From NCBI RefSeq assembly GCF_004010195.1, contig NC_057720.1, positions 4,630,656-4,694,276 on the forward strand: DNA of 63,621 bases. The letters are read 5' to 3'. The notes below the pieces were generated by a model that made no database searches, had not been told where the DNA came from, and saw nothing but the letters and a program-made list of their open reading frames with translations. Below are positions 51,564-63,310 of this stretch, one piece after another (the first letter of the stretch is position 1; every line of letters begins with the position of its first letter). Both the position numbers and the translations under genes were made by a program. This DNA comes from Chiloscyllium plagiosum. Lineage: Eukaryota.

Positions 51564-52038
51564 ATCAGATAATAATCCAATTTTGACAGACACATTTGTG
51601 CTGTCCATGTTATGTACATCATAATTCCACCCAGCTATAATTCTTTCAGCTTTAGAATTTGAAATAGCTGCACAGAGGCTGGTATCCCATCACCGAGTTA
51701 CCCTTTATTTACATGAGAACAGTAGATTAGATTGCTTACAGTGTGGAAACAGGCTCTTCAGCCCAACAAGTCCACACTGACCCTCTGAAGAGCAATCCAC
51801 CCAGACCTATTCCCCTACATTTACCCCTTCTCTAACACTATTGGCAATTTAGCATGGCCAATTCACCTGACCTGCACGTTTTTGGACTGTGGGAGGAAAC
51901 CGGAGCACCCAGAGGAAACCCACGCAGACACGGGGAGAATGTGAAAACTCCACACAGACAGGCGGGAATTGAACCCAGGACCCTGATGCTGTGAGGCAGC
52001 AGTGCTAACCACTGTACGTGAGCTCTGACTAGCCAGCT

Positions 52039-52260
52039 CAGATTCTGGATCAGTGGTGCTGGAAGAGCACAGCAATTCAGGCAGCATCCGAGGACAGGCA
52101 AAATCGACGTTTCGGGCAAAAGCCCTTCATCAGGATGAATGAAGGGCTTTTGCCCGAAACGTCGATTTTGCCTGTCCTCGGATGCTGCCTGAATTGCTGT
52201 GCTCTTCCAGCACCACTGATCCAGAATCTGGTTTCCAGCATCTGCAGTCATTGTTTTTAC
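52039..52260. mobile_element. Palindromic PLE-derived short element with target-site duplication
   Basis: Perfect 92-bp inverted arms at 52039-52130 / 52139-52230 with an 8-bp spacer. Direct repeat CTAGCCAGCTCAGA at 52029-52042 and 52261-52274. Confidence 0.9.
52106..52133 (-). ncRNA. Minimal hammerhead ribozyme core (intact)
   Basis: Minus strand CTGATGA-A-GGGC-TTTT-GCCC-GAAAC-GTC. Confidence 0.7.
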
Positions 52261-52917
52261 CTAGCCAGCTCAGAGCCAGACCCTACAGTGAGCAGATTCC
52301 CTGGCACTCTTGTTTATTTTTCTTTTGTTTTGCCAGCCCTCAGAATCCCGACACTTTTTTTCTGAGTGAACAGAACCTCTGCCACTCATGTTTATTTATT
52401 TATTTCCTTTTTTTTCTTTGCTTTTTCTTCTTTTTTAATTTTTTTTCTTTTTCCTTTTCCCACACTACCGCCTAACTGTGGTGCCACTCATGTTTATTTC
52501 TGTCAGCCAGGACTCCCTGATTGGCCCAGGTTAACAGACCCAATCAGGGATTTCACAGATAATGAGATCCACCCAGCCAGCCTCATTACAATTACTACAG
52601 GACTGCTATACCTTTACATACTCTGATAATCTTTCAATTTTACATCTCCTTCAATTGCAGAGGAACGGAATAAAATTGTCCACTGATTACTTTTTTAATA
52701 TAATAATACAAAACACTAATCATGATTATTTAGCATTTTAATCTTCATGATGGATTTACAATTATCTATTTTTGACTGTTTCCAGGTTAAGTATTTATCC
52801 AAACATTGTTTTCAGTGCTCAATTGTGTTGCTTGAGGAATGTTGAAATTATGGAAATTATGCAAAATTTGTCCCGTTAGTACAGAGTTCCTGCAGCGCTA
52901 ATCTCGGCTCATACATC

Positions 52918-53607
52918 ATAGAACGTAGAACATAGAAGAATACAGCGCAGTACAGGCCCTTCGGCCCTCGATGTTGTGCCGATCCAAGCCCACCTAACCT
53001 ACACTAGCACACTATCCTCCATATGCCTATCCAATGCCCGCTTAAATGCCCATAATGAGGGAGAGTCCACCACTGCTACTGGCAGGGCATTCCATGAACT
53101 CACGACTCGCTGAGTAAAGAACCTACCCCTAACATCTGTCCTATACCTACCATCCCTTAATTTAAAGCTATGCCCCCTTGTAATAGCTGACTCCATACGT
53201 GGAAAAAGATTCTCACTGTCGACCCTATCTAAACCCCTAATCATCTTGTACACCTCTATCAAGTCACCCCTAAACCTTCTTTTCTCCAATGAAAACAACC
53301 CCAAGTGCCTCAGCCTTTCCTCATACGATCTTTCTACCATACCAGGCAACATCCTGGTAAACCTCCTCTGCACCCGTTCCAGTGCCTCCACATCCTTCCT
53401 ATAGTATGGCGACCAAAACTGCACACAATACTCCAGATGCGGCCGCACCAGAGTCTTATACAACTGCAACATGACCTCAGGACTCCGGAACTCAATTCCT
53501 CTACCAATAAAAGCCAGTACGCCATATGCCTTCCTCACCGCACTATTTACCTGGGTGGCAACTTTCAAAGATCTGTGTACATGGACACCAAGATCCCTCT
53601 GCTCATC
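52918..53607 (-). mobile_element. Young CR1 LINE 3' fragment
   Basis: Uninterrupted 189-aa ORF2 C-terminus (52999-53568) and (TTCTATG)-type tail. Confidence 0.9.
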
Positions 53608-56600
53608 AGCATGGACAAGCTGGGCTGAAGGACCTGTTTCACTGAAATTATTTCAGAAGGTGGACCTTCTCTCTATCCTAAGGTCAGACGTGGGGATGTT
53701 TGCCAATGCTGAGGGGGTGATCTTGTTGAGATTTAAGGTAAAGATCAAAGGTCCTTTCTCTAAGGTGGGGGAGTTCAAAACTAGAGGTTATATTTTTAAG
53801 ATGAGAGGAAAAATATCTAAAAGGACCTGAGGGCCAACGTTTTCACACAGAGGGTGGCATACTTGGAGCAAGCTGCCCAAAGACGAGGGAGATGAAGGTT
53901 CAGTTGCAATATTTGAAAGACCGTTAGACAGGTACATGGATAGGAAAGGTTTAGAGAGAATAATCTAATGCAGACACATGGGGCTGGAACAGTTTAAGAA
54001 ACCTGATCAGCATGGACAAGCTGGGCTGAAGGACCTGTTTCCATGCTGTATGACTCTATGACTGCACAACGTTCAGCATCATTCACAACTCCTCCAATAC
54101 TGAAGCAGTCCATGTTCAAATGCAACAAGATCTGAATAATATCCAGGCTTGGCTTGAAAAGAAACAAATCGCATATGCATCACACAAATGCCAGACAATG
54201 ACCATGTCCAATAAGAGACAATCTAACTACTGCCTCATGACATTCAATGATGTTACCATCACTGAATTCCTGACTATTAACATCCTGGAGGTAACCATTG
54301 ACCAGAAACTCAATTGGACTTGCCATATAAACACTATGAGAGCAGGTCAAAGGCTAGGAATACTGCAACAAGTAACTCACCTCCTGACTCTCCAAAACCA
54401 TCCACAATGAATAAGTCAAAAGTGTGATGGAATTTTCCCCACTTGCCTGGATTCATGCAACTTCAATGAGACTTAAGCTTTCATTTAATGCACTTGTGTG
54501 ACTGGCTGGAACAGTATTATGGCCCATCCCTATTGAGAAGGTGGTGATGAGCTTTATTCTTCAATCTCTGCAGTCCCTGTGCTGTAGGTTGAGCCACAAT
54601 GCCCTGAGGAAGGGAATTTCAGGAGTTTGAAGCACAATTCTGAAGGAACAGTGTGATATTGCCAAGTCAGGATGGTGAGTGGCTCAAAGGGGAACATGTT
54701 CCCATATATCTGCTGTACTTATCCTTCTAAATGGAAGTGGTCATGCTGTCTGAAGATTTTTAGTAAATTTCTTGACACCATCCAAGGCAAAGTAGCCCAC
54801 TCGATTAGCACCACATTCACAAGTATTCACTCCCTCCACCACCAACACTCAGTAGCAGCAGTGTGTGCTATCTACAAGATGCACTACAGGAATTCATCAA
54901 AGATCCTCAGACAGTATCTTCCAAACCCATGAGCACTTCCATCTGGAAGGACAAGGGAAGCAGATACATGGGAACACCACCATCTGTAATTTCCCTCCAA
55001 GCTACTCATCATCCTGACTTGGAGATATATCACCGTTCCTTCACAGTTTCCAGGTCAAAATCCTGGATATCCCTCCCTAAGGGCTTCGTGGGATCTACCT
55101 ACAGCACATGGACTGCAGTGGTTCAAGAAAGCAGCTTGCCCCCACCATCTTGAGGGGCAATTAGGGACGGGCAATAAATAGTGGCACAGCCGGCGACACC
55201 CAATGGGCTGAGGAGTGGCAGATGGAGTTTAATTTTGGAAATGCAAATCGGAGCAGGACTTATACAGAAGATAATACAGAACTTAATCAAAAGATAGATT
55301 TTTGAAATATTGAGGAGTTCTGAGGAGCTGGCACAAAAGATGAATTAAAACCCAGGGCAGAATAGTCATAATCTTATCTAGTGACACAACAGGCATGAGG
55401 GGCTGAATGAACTGCCCCCACTCCTATTTCTTATGTTCTTATTTGCCTTAGCTAATTGTCTTCCCACCTCATTGCAAATGCACAAAGCTCACCATTGAGG
55501 TTGGGTGATTGGGGATGGGCGAAGTTTTCATTTCATTTTGTTTGTATTTGTCAGTTGCCATGATCCACCATGTGCGCAGGTTCCTGACTCTTGTCTCTAA
55601 CGTTGCTGCAGCAGCATTTTCCTTGCCAATGTCTGCACGTGTCAGATCAGGTGGTGGTTAGCCAGGGGCACCTCTCACTCTTCTGCCTGGGGCTGCCGAG
55701 GATGGACAGGCTACAGTTGCTTGATATCTGAAGCACCCAATCAGAAAGGGGTAGCTGGCAGCGAGAGAGATGGAGATATCATGTGAAACATGATGGTCAC
55801 TCCATTACCAACCTGGTCATGCCATCTTGGAGGGTGAGGCCATGCTGTGAGTGGAGGAGCTGCACTGACATCTTCAGTTGTCAGCACAGTTTGCAGCTTG
55901 TGTTTTAGAAAAAGAGAACAAATAAATTGATATTTGTTTTTGAAGTTGAGACTGAAGGTTAATTGCAGGTTGTTTCTTATTAAAAGGTATTTTGTGAACA
56001 CTTTTGACTCCACTGAGGTCTCACGTTGAAGCAGATTGAAGATGGTGAATGTAAACTAGGACCTCGTGGGAGACAGTCAGTCTGGAAGGGAGAGGTCAGG
56101 GTTTGAATTGGTTTTGTGACTGCGTTTGGGTGAGAAAGACTGCAGTTGCAAAAGCTACATGATGTAAGTTTGATTGCTCCCTCTCTTTATCAACTTATTG
56201 AACATTCAGAGATTAGAATCTCAGTTATGGAGCATATGGGAGTTACTTGCATGCACATGTTGTCAGAAACTAAGAACTAAGAATACAGTAATCCGATGTG
56301 CTGGTGATGTTACAGATCATGGAGTCTACTTTAGTGAACTGGCCAGTTGCAGCTCATTTACTTTTCCCTTTTGATTTATCCTTTCATGGTGTCTTTTTAT
56401 CTGTTTGTCTTTCTGAGAAAGTGGAGGCTAAAATTATTCAGGATTGGGTTTAAACATTAGTCATTAATTAGATTATTTTGTGGTTTAACCTTACACCTGT
56501 AAAGATGCTATATTGTTAAGAAACTGTTAAATTTCTTGTTTGAGCTACAAACCCAGTCTCTAGTATTGATTATTCACCAAGTCTGGTACTAGCTATTCAA

Positions 56601-57258
56601 AAAGTCTGGCTAGGAGCCAATTTTTAACTTTACTATACTGTGAGTAGGGATACGGAAGCTGATTTGATTTGGCTGCCTATTCCCATGCTTTGACAACACC
56701 AATGAAACTGTCAACTAGTTCAGCATAGTCTATTTAAGTCACCTTTGATCATCACAATCAGACCTCTTATGGGCGGTGTATTTAATATGCTTACTAAAGT
56801 TGTTATTTTGTCAATAATCCCATTCTCACCTGTATTAATAAAACTGCATCAGTTTAAAATGATTAAATATGTCAAAGAGATTTTAAAAATCAGTTCCAGG
56901 AGAAGTTGGGTCATGGTAATGTTGTTGCATTGGGAAGACAGATGGCTGGGGCATGGGTTTAGAACCCACCTTTAGAAAATTTAACACGCTTGCCAGACAT
57001 CAGTATTGCATGTAGTTGTGGGCGCCACATTCTCGGTAACATGTGAATGCATTATACAGAGCGCAATTCATAATTTATAATGATGGTTCCAGGTGGGAGA
57101 GACTTCAGTTGTGGTGGAGGCAGATTCAACTGAGGCATTGAAGAGGGAAGTACATGGTCATTTGGATAGAAATGGTATGCAGGAAAAAATCAGAGGTATG
57201 GCACTGGGTAATGGAGCCAGACTTAATAGGGCTGGTACAGGCATGATGGGCTGAATGG

Positions 57259-57820
57259 AGGTTTAAATCAGAGTGGTGCTGGAAAAGCACAGCAGGTCAG
57301 GCAGCATCTGAGGAGCAGGAAAATTGACATATCGGGCAAAAGCCCTTCATCAGGACTAGAGGCAGGGAGCCTGCAGGGTGGAGAGATAAATGGAGGGGCG
57401 GGGGTTCAGGCTGGGGAGAAGGTAGCAAAGAGTACAATAGGTGAATGGGGATGGGGATGGAGGTGATTGGTCAGGGGAGGGTGAAGCGGATAGGTGGGAA
57501 GGGAGATTGACAGGTGGCCACGGGGCAGTGTGGTTGATTGGTGCGGGTGTTCCGGAGATGTTCCCTAAAGCGCTCTGCTCGGAGGCGTCCAGTCTCCCCA
57601 ATATAGAGGAGACCGCATCGGGAGCAACAGATACAATAAATGATATTGGTGGATGTGCAGGTGAAATTTTGATGGATGTGGAAGGCTCCTTTGGGGCCTT
57701 GGATGGAGGTGAGGGAGGAGGTGTGGGCACAGGTTTTGCAATTTCTGCAGTGGCAGGGGAGGGTGCCAGGACAGGAGGGTGGTTTGTTGGGGGGCATGGA
57801 CCTGACCAGGTAGTCACGGA
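57259..57820 (-). mobile_element. Neptune-type PLE 3' fragment (Cys linker, GIY-YIG and hammerhead-bearing tail)
   Basis: PCHCRNCKTCAH...NIIYCICCSRCGLLYIGETGRLRAERFREH. Degenerate hammerhead at 57326-57353. Flanked by TGATGGGCTGAATGG (57244-57258) and TGATAGGCTGAATGG (57821-57835). Confidence 0.85.
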
Positions 57821-58016
57821 TGATAGGCTGAATGGTCTCCTTTTGCACTGTAATAACTACACAATTCAATTAATAAATCTGTCAGTGAAACTAGTTTCCA
57901 TTATGACCATGAAACTGTTGTTGCTTGTTAAGGAAATCCATCTGGTCCACTGATGTCCTGTATGGGAAGAAAATTGCCAACTTTACTTGATTTGGCCTCA
58001 GTGTGACTTCAGACCC

Positions 58017-58987
58017 TGTTATACCTGAGGCTGGAATGGTGCACTGTTACCCTAGTCTCACTGCTTCATGAGTCACAACATAAAATAAAACTGATATTCC
58101 CCATTACAGAAGTAGACAATTAAAAACCTTATCTCTATCAGATTTTGAAAAGGAATCATAAACTAGGTTTCTTAATAAACATGATTATTCATTTGTTATC
58201 AAATCAAAATTTATTCATTGAATGCAACAATGAGTCAACATACGAGTAATGTACAGGTATAGATGTTTATCTCTCCTAGTAACCTTAATCACATACATGT
58301 TCGCATACAGAGTCACAGAGTCATACAGCACAGAAACAGATCTTCCTGTGTAACCAGTCCATGTCATAATCCCAAACTAAAGTAGTCCCATCTGCCTACT
58401 CCTGGCTCATCTGCCAAGTAAAGGATGAAAAAATGGAATTCCCTGCAGAGATTATCCTTTTGGAAAAAACCACTTTGCCCAGCGGGTTATTCTAGAAGCT
58501 GAAAGGGATAAGGCATGGAAAGTTCCAAAGTCTGTTGCTCTGATGTTCTGCATGTGTGGTGATGTCACTAAATATGCACAGTTGTCTCTGGTGTCTTGAC
58601 AGCCACATCTTGCTCAGAAGAGTCTGCAATCACTTCTGCTGAAGAACCCGTTTCATCCTGAACTTAATAAGAAAATTATTTTCAGACAATAGGAGACATG
58701 AGGTGGGCACTGCTTCCTCACAGGCTTCTTGTCCCTCAACTAATTCCATAAAAACACTGTCCAAGCCATTCACTGGTCAAACAGTTCCAGCTTAGGTCTA
58801 TCACAAAACGGCAGGTATCACCAGCCTTGTGATTTCTAGGAAACCTCGTCCAATGGTGACCTTTCAATGATTTCTTAAAGAAACCACTCCAGATTACTAC
58901 ACCATTTGAAAAACAAGTCAGTTCTTCCACATTCCTCCAGAAAGTAAGCCCACCAGGAAATAGTAAATATGAAGCATTTTTGTCACA
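58017..58987. mobile_element. Probable solo LTR (TG...CA) inserted into a SINE
   Basis: Begins TGTTAT and ends GTCACA. ACCC duplicated at 58013-58016 / 58988-58991. Splits the SINE motif CAGACCC|A(C/T)AG. Confidence 0.62.
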
Positions 58988-59026
58988 ACCCATAGTGGTG
59001 GGCTCAAAACAGAAATGGACAATCAA

Positions 59027-59437
59027 GTTTTCCCTGAAGTGTCGGAGGCTGAGGGGTGATCATAGAGGTTTATAGAATCATGAGGGGCATGGGTAGGTTA
59101 AACAGACAAGGTCTTTCCCTGGGGTGGGGGAGTCCAGAACTAGAGGGCATAGGTTAAGGATGAGAGGGAAAAGATTTAAAAGGGATCTAAGAGGCAACAT
59201 TTTCACGCAGAGGGTGGTACGTGTATGGAATGAGCTGCCAGAGGAAGTGATGGAGGCTGGTACAGTTGCAACATTTAAAAGGCATCTGGATGGGTATATG
59301 AATAGGAAGGGTTTGGAGGGATACAAGCCAAATCCTGGCAAATGTAACTAGAATAGGTTAGAAAATCTGGTCAGCATGGATGAGTTGGACCGAAGGGTCT
59401 GTTTCCGTGCTGTATATCTCCGTGACTGTCTGACTCT
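59027..59437 (+). mobile_element. CR1 LINE 3' end
   Basis: SRTRGHRL...IFTQRVVRVWNELP and 3' UTR. Confidence 0.88.
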
Positions 59438-62400
59438 AAGTAATTCCATTCAATGGCAATTAGGGCTAGACAATAAATGTTAGCTTTGCCAGCGATGCCC
59501 ACAGTCCATAATAGAATAAAAATAGATGTTGTTACGCTGTTTGTGCTGATTCTTGGAAGATGTTACGTTTGAAATTATACAAATGAGTTTGGGTGGCAAA
59601 ACAAGCCATAAATCCACTTGCAATAACAAGCAGACTCCCAAATTTAATTTGTGCTGAGTTTTCTGATTGCATCCAAATCAGAAACTTGATTCCACCACGT
59701 ACAAGAAATGGCAATTTTTGCATTGTTTTAACTTTTAAATTGCGTTTGCAAAGTACTTGCCAGAACACAAGAAAATTCCAATTTGCTGTGAACGATATTA
59801 GCAGCAAATCCCAGTGTACTATAAGGTTCTTTGCGTAGAATAATATGTCTGAGCCTGTATTTGATAAACTGTTGCTTCACACTATTTCAAAGCAAAATAT
59901 GTTTTGCAAGGGGCGATCATCATTGGGGCCTTTTCAAAATAACAGAGTGAGCTAATACATGGGGCCATTCTGCCTCTGGAAGACCCAATCAGTTGTAGGC
60001 CTGCTCCCTGTAGTGTTCAACATTTTTCTTCAGTTCTGGAATTGGAACTGCAGTCATTAATCTAGGATCATTTGTCCAGTCAGATTGCCATGCACCAGTA
60101 TGCAACCCCCACCTTCTCCATCCCCTCCCCACCCCCAGGCCATTATTCATTTATTTGCTATTTCACTAAGTAAGCCTGTTTATATTTGACACTCACTGAA
60201 CTTAGTTGCTTGGCCCCGGGGTGTTGGCTAAAAGCTAAAGTATATACCCACCACAGGAAAATCTAAAAGCTGGAGCTGGAAAGGGATGCGTCCATTAATG
60301 TCGTTTAGGAAGGAAATCTGCCATCTTTACTGGTCTGGCCTACATGTGACTCCAGACCCACAGCAATGTGGTTGACTCTTAACCACCCCCTGGGCAATTA
60401 GGGATGGGCAATAAATGCTGGTCTGGCCAGCAAGGCCATCATCCCATGACTGAAATAATAAAGAAAAGTGCAACTGTTTTATGTTTGCAGTGATATTTAG
60501 AACCTGTTGCACACTTTGAAATTAACACCATGCTTTCACATTCTGAGATAGGTTGAAAATACAAGAAACGATTGAATATGCTATGCTATTGTTGCTCTCC
60601 CGGGTAGGCATGCAATTTCTTTATACCTTTTTGCGTGTAACCACAAACAGAGTGCAGTCCAACGTTCACAATATCTTGCTGCATAAAAAAACACGCCACC
60701 CATTTGTTATTTGCTGTTTGCAACCTTCAGTATTATTTGTATTAATGATGATGAAGCATAGTTTTAATAATAATTTAAACACAGTTTGGCAGTTAACTAC
60801 CAGTCATCATCTAACTGCTACATTCTTCCAGGCAGCATCTCTTCCACTCAGAGTTCACTTGCCAACCAATCAGCACTGTCTTCTCATACACTATAAACAG
60901 TCTAGTGCATTCTAATGAGTGCAAGACAAAAAGTCTTCAACAAATTTTGAAGTTTTACTAGACTTTACTCGTCTGAAATGAATGGATTTCCTTATGAGGA
61001 AAGGCTGGACACGCCAGGACTGGATCCTCTGGAGGTTAGAGATGACTTAATTGAAACTTATAAAGATCCTGAGGGAACTTGACTGGGTGGATGAGGATGT
61101 TTCCTCTTGTGGGAGAATCTAGAACAAGGGGTAATAGTTTAAAAATAATGAGTCACCCTTTTAAAACAGAGGATTTTTAACTTTCTCTGACGCTTGAGAG
61201 ACTTTGCTATTCCCTTCCAGTGGATGCAAAATCTTTAAATATTTCTAAGGCAGAGAGTTTCTACACTTGCTCCGTATTCCTCTAATCCCTCCCTGTTCAT
61301 GTGTCTTTCTAAATGCCTCTTAAACATTGCTATTGTATTTGCTTCTACTGCCTCTCCTGGCAGTACTTTCCAGGCGAAAGTGCAGATGCTGGAGATCAGA
61401 GTCAAGATTAGTGTGCGGTGCTGGAAAAGCACAGCAGGTCAGGCAGCATCCGAGGAGCAGGAGAATCGACATTTCGGGCAAAAGCCCTTCATCAGCACTT
61501 TTCAGGCACCTACCACCATCCGTGTAAAAAAAAGCTTCCTTCACACACCTTTAAACTCTGCCCCTCTTGCCATAAACCTATACCCCCCAGTATTTAACAT
61601 TTCTCCCTCGGGAAAAAGACTCCGACTATCCACACCTCTCTTAGTTTGATATATTTCTATTCACTCAGCCCCCCTCAACTTCTGACACACTAGTAAAAAC
61701 AATCATCTTCGCACTTCCTCAAAAAATTCAAGTTTGTGAAACAAAACGCCCCCCAAATAAAACCACTCTCCCGAATGAGTCCTCGCTTTTCCCAAATGCC
61801 AGTAAAGCTGCAATGGGCCGAAGCTTGCCTTTCATTCCCACAACTTATTAAATTTGCAACTTGACAAAATTATAGTTATTGATCTACACTAACGTCAGAA
61901 AGAGGATAACGATTCATTTAAAACATAATGTACTATTGATGCTGACCCAACATTTACTGCCCATTGCTGATTGCCCTTCAGATGATGCTGGTGAGTTGTC
62001 TCCTTGAAACATTGCATTTTAAATAAAAGGATTGTGGTCTCCTCTCCTCTTTGGAACTTAGTGGGTTTTTTTTCACCCATCTTCATGTGGGCCACTTCTC
62101 ACTGTCTTTGAGTGTGCCGTCACACAATTGCATAAAATAGCATTAGCGTTTCATCAGCTACAAATAGGGAATCAATAACATAATCTTCTACAGTGTAAGA
62201 GTATGCATTAAATAAATTGAAAGATCAGTTAAAACAGAAGAAATCTGGCTGTCTTTCGGAACGTGCAAGTAAATCAGGAGTGGTAAGGTGACTTTGATAT
62301 TTCTCCTGTCAAGATCGGACAGAGGCAAAGGAAGAACATGAATTTATATAGCATCTTTCACAACCTCATGAGGTCCCAAAGTGCTTCACGGGCAGTGAAG

Positions 62401-62510
62401 CGGTTTATGAAGTGGGACCATTCGAATAAAATCAGGAAACAGGGATACTATTTGCAGTGAGATCCCACAGGGACAGCTATGAGATCAAAGGCAACATAGT
62501 CTCATTTCGG

Positions 62511-62639
62511 TTAAGTCACTAAAACATTCAAACTGTGAGGTACGGAGCCATTACGCAGGCGATTTAAGGATGACTGGGTCTTCTTCTGTGCTAATTCAGC
62601 ACGGAGAGCTCGGAGGTCTGTAGTTGTCTGCTTTCTTAG
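62511..62639 (-). CDS. SPATA1: Probable terminal coding exon of SPATA1 (spermatogenesis-associated 1); upstream exons lie beyond the window
   Basis: Minus-strand acceptor ttactcctattgcctttgcag|, LRKQTTTDLRALRAELAQKKTQSSLNRLRNGSVPHSLNVLVT*. Resembles the recalled SPATA1 C-terminal coiled coil (MRKQAxSDLRTLKTELAQKK). Convergent with the CTBS-like gene, as in human. Confidence 0.72.
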   Translation of the reverse strand, partial: LRKQTTTDLRALRAELAQKKTQSSLNRLRNGSVPHSLNVLVT

Positions 62640-63310
62640 CTGCAAAGGCAATAGGAGTAATTGAAGTATTATTAAAAAAAGTGTACTGAATGGCAACTTT
62701 CCTACCTGACTCAGCTGAAAACAGCCAGCATATTTTCACACAGTCAGAGCACAAAGCACTAATGTACTCATTTAAAAATGTTACGTTTGTATAACAATGC
62801 TTTTAACTGGGGCTGAATAGAAGCATCGAAATGCGAGCAGGAGTTGGTTAATTGCCTTTTGCAACCTTAAATCTTTTTTGTATTAATGATGGTGAAGCAT
62901 AGTTTTAATAACAATTTAAACAAACCTTGGTAGTAAACCATCAGTCATCATCTAACTGGCGCATTCTCCCTGGCAGAATCCTTATTATTCAGAGTTCACT
63001 TGCCAACCAAACAGCATGGTCTTCTCATACACTATAAGTTATTATAGAGCTCACTACTCAGTGAGATTGGGGCTCATCTGATCATTCTCTGGTCCATATT
63101 CCTGCCCCACCCCCGGAACCCTTGATTCCCTAAGTGATTAAAACTCAGCCATGAATATACTTAATGACCCAACATAGACACACCTCTGCGGTAAAGAAAT
63201 CCACAAATATGTTATCGTCTGGGGGGAAAAAAAAATCCTTCTCATCTGTCTTAAATGTACAACCTCTGATTCTGAGATGATACCCTCTAGTCCTAGACTC
63301 ACCGAAAAGG

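Noticed and set aside
59532..59838. ORFs on both strands in a non-repetitive stretch
   Set aside because: No recognisable protein similarity or convincing splice sites; possibly 3' UTR or intergenic DNA.
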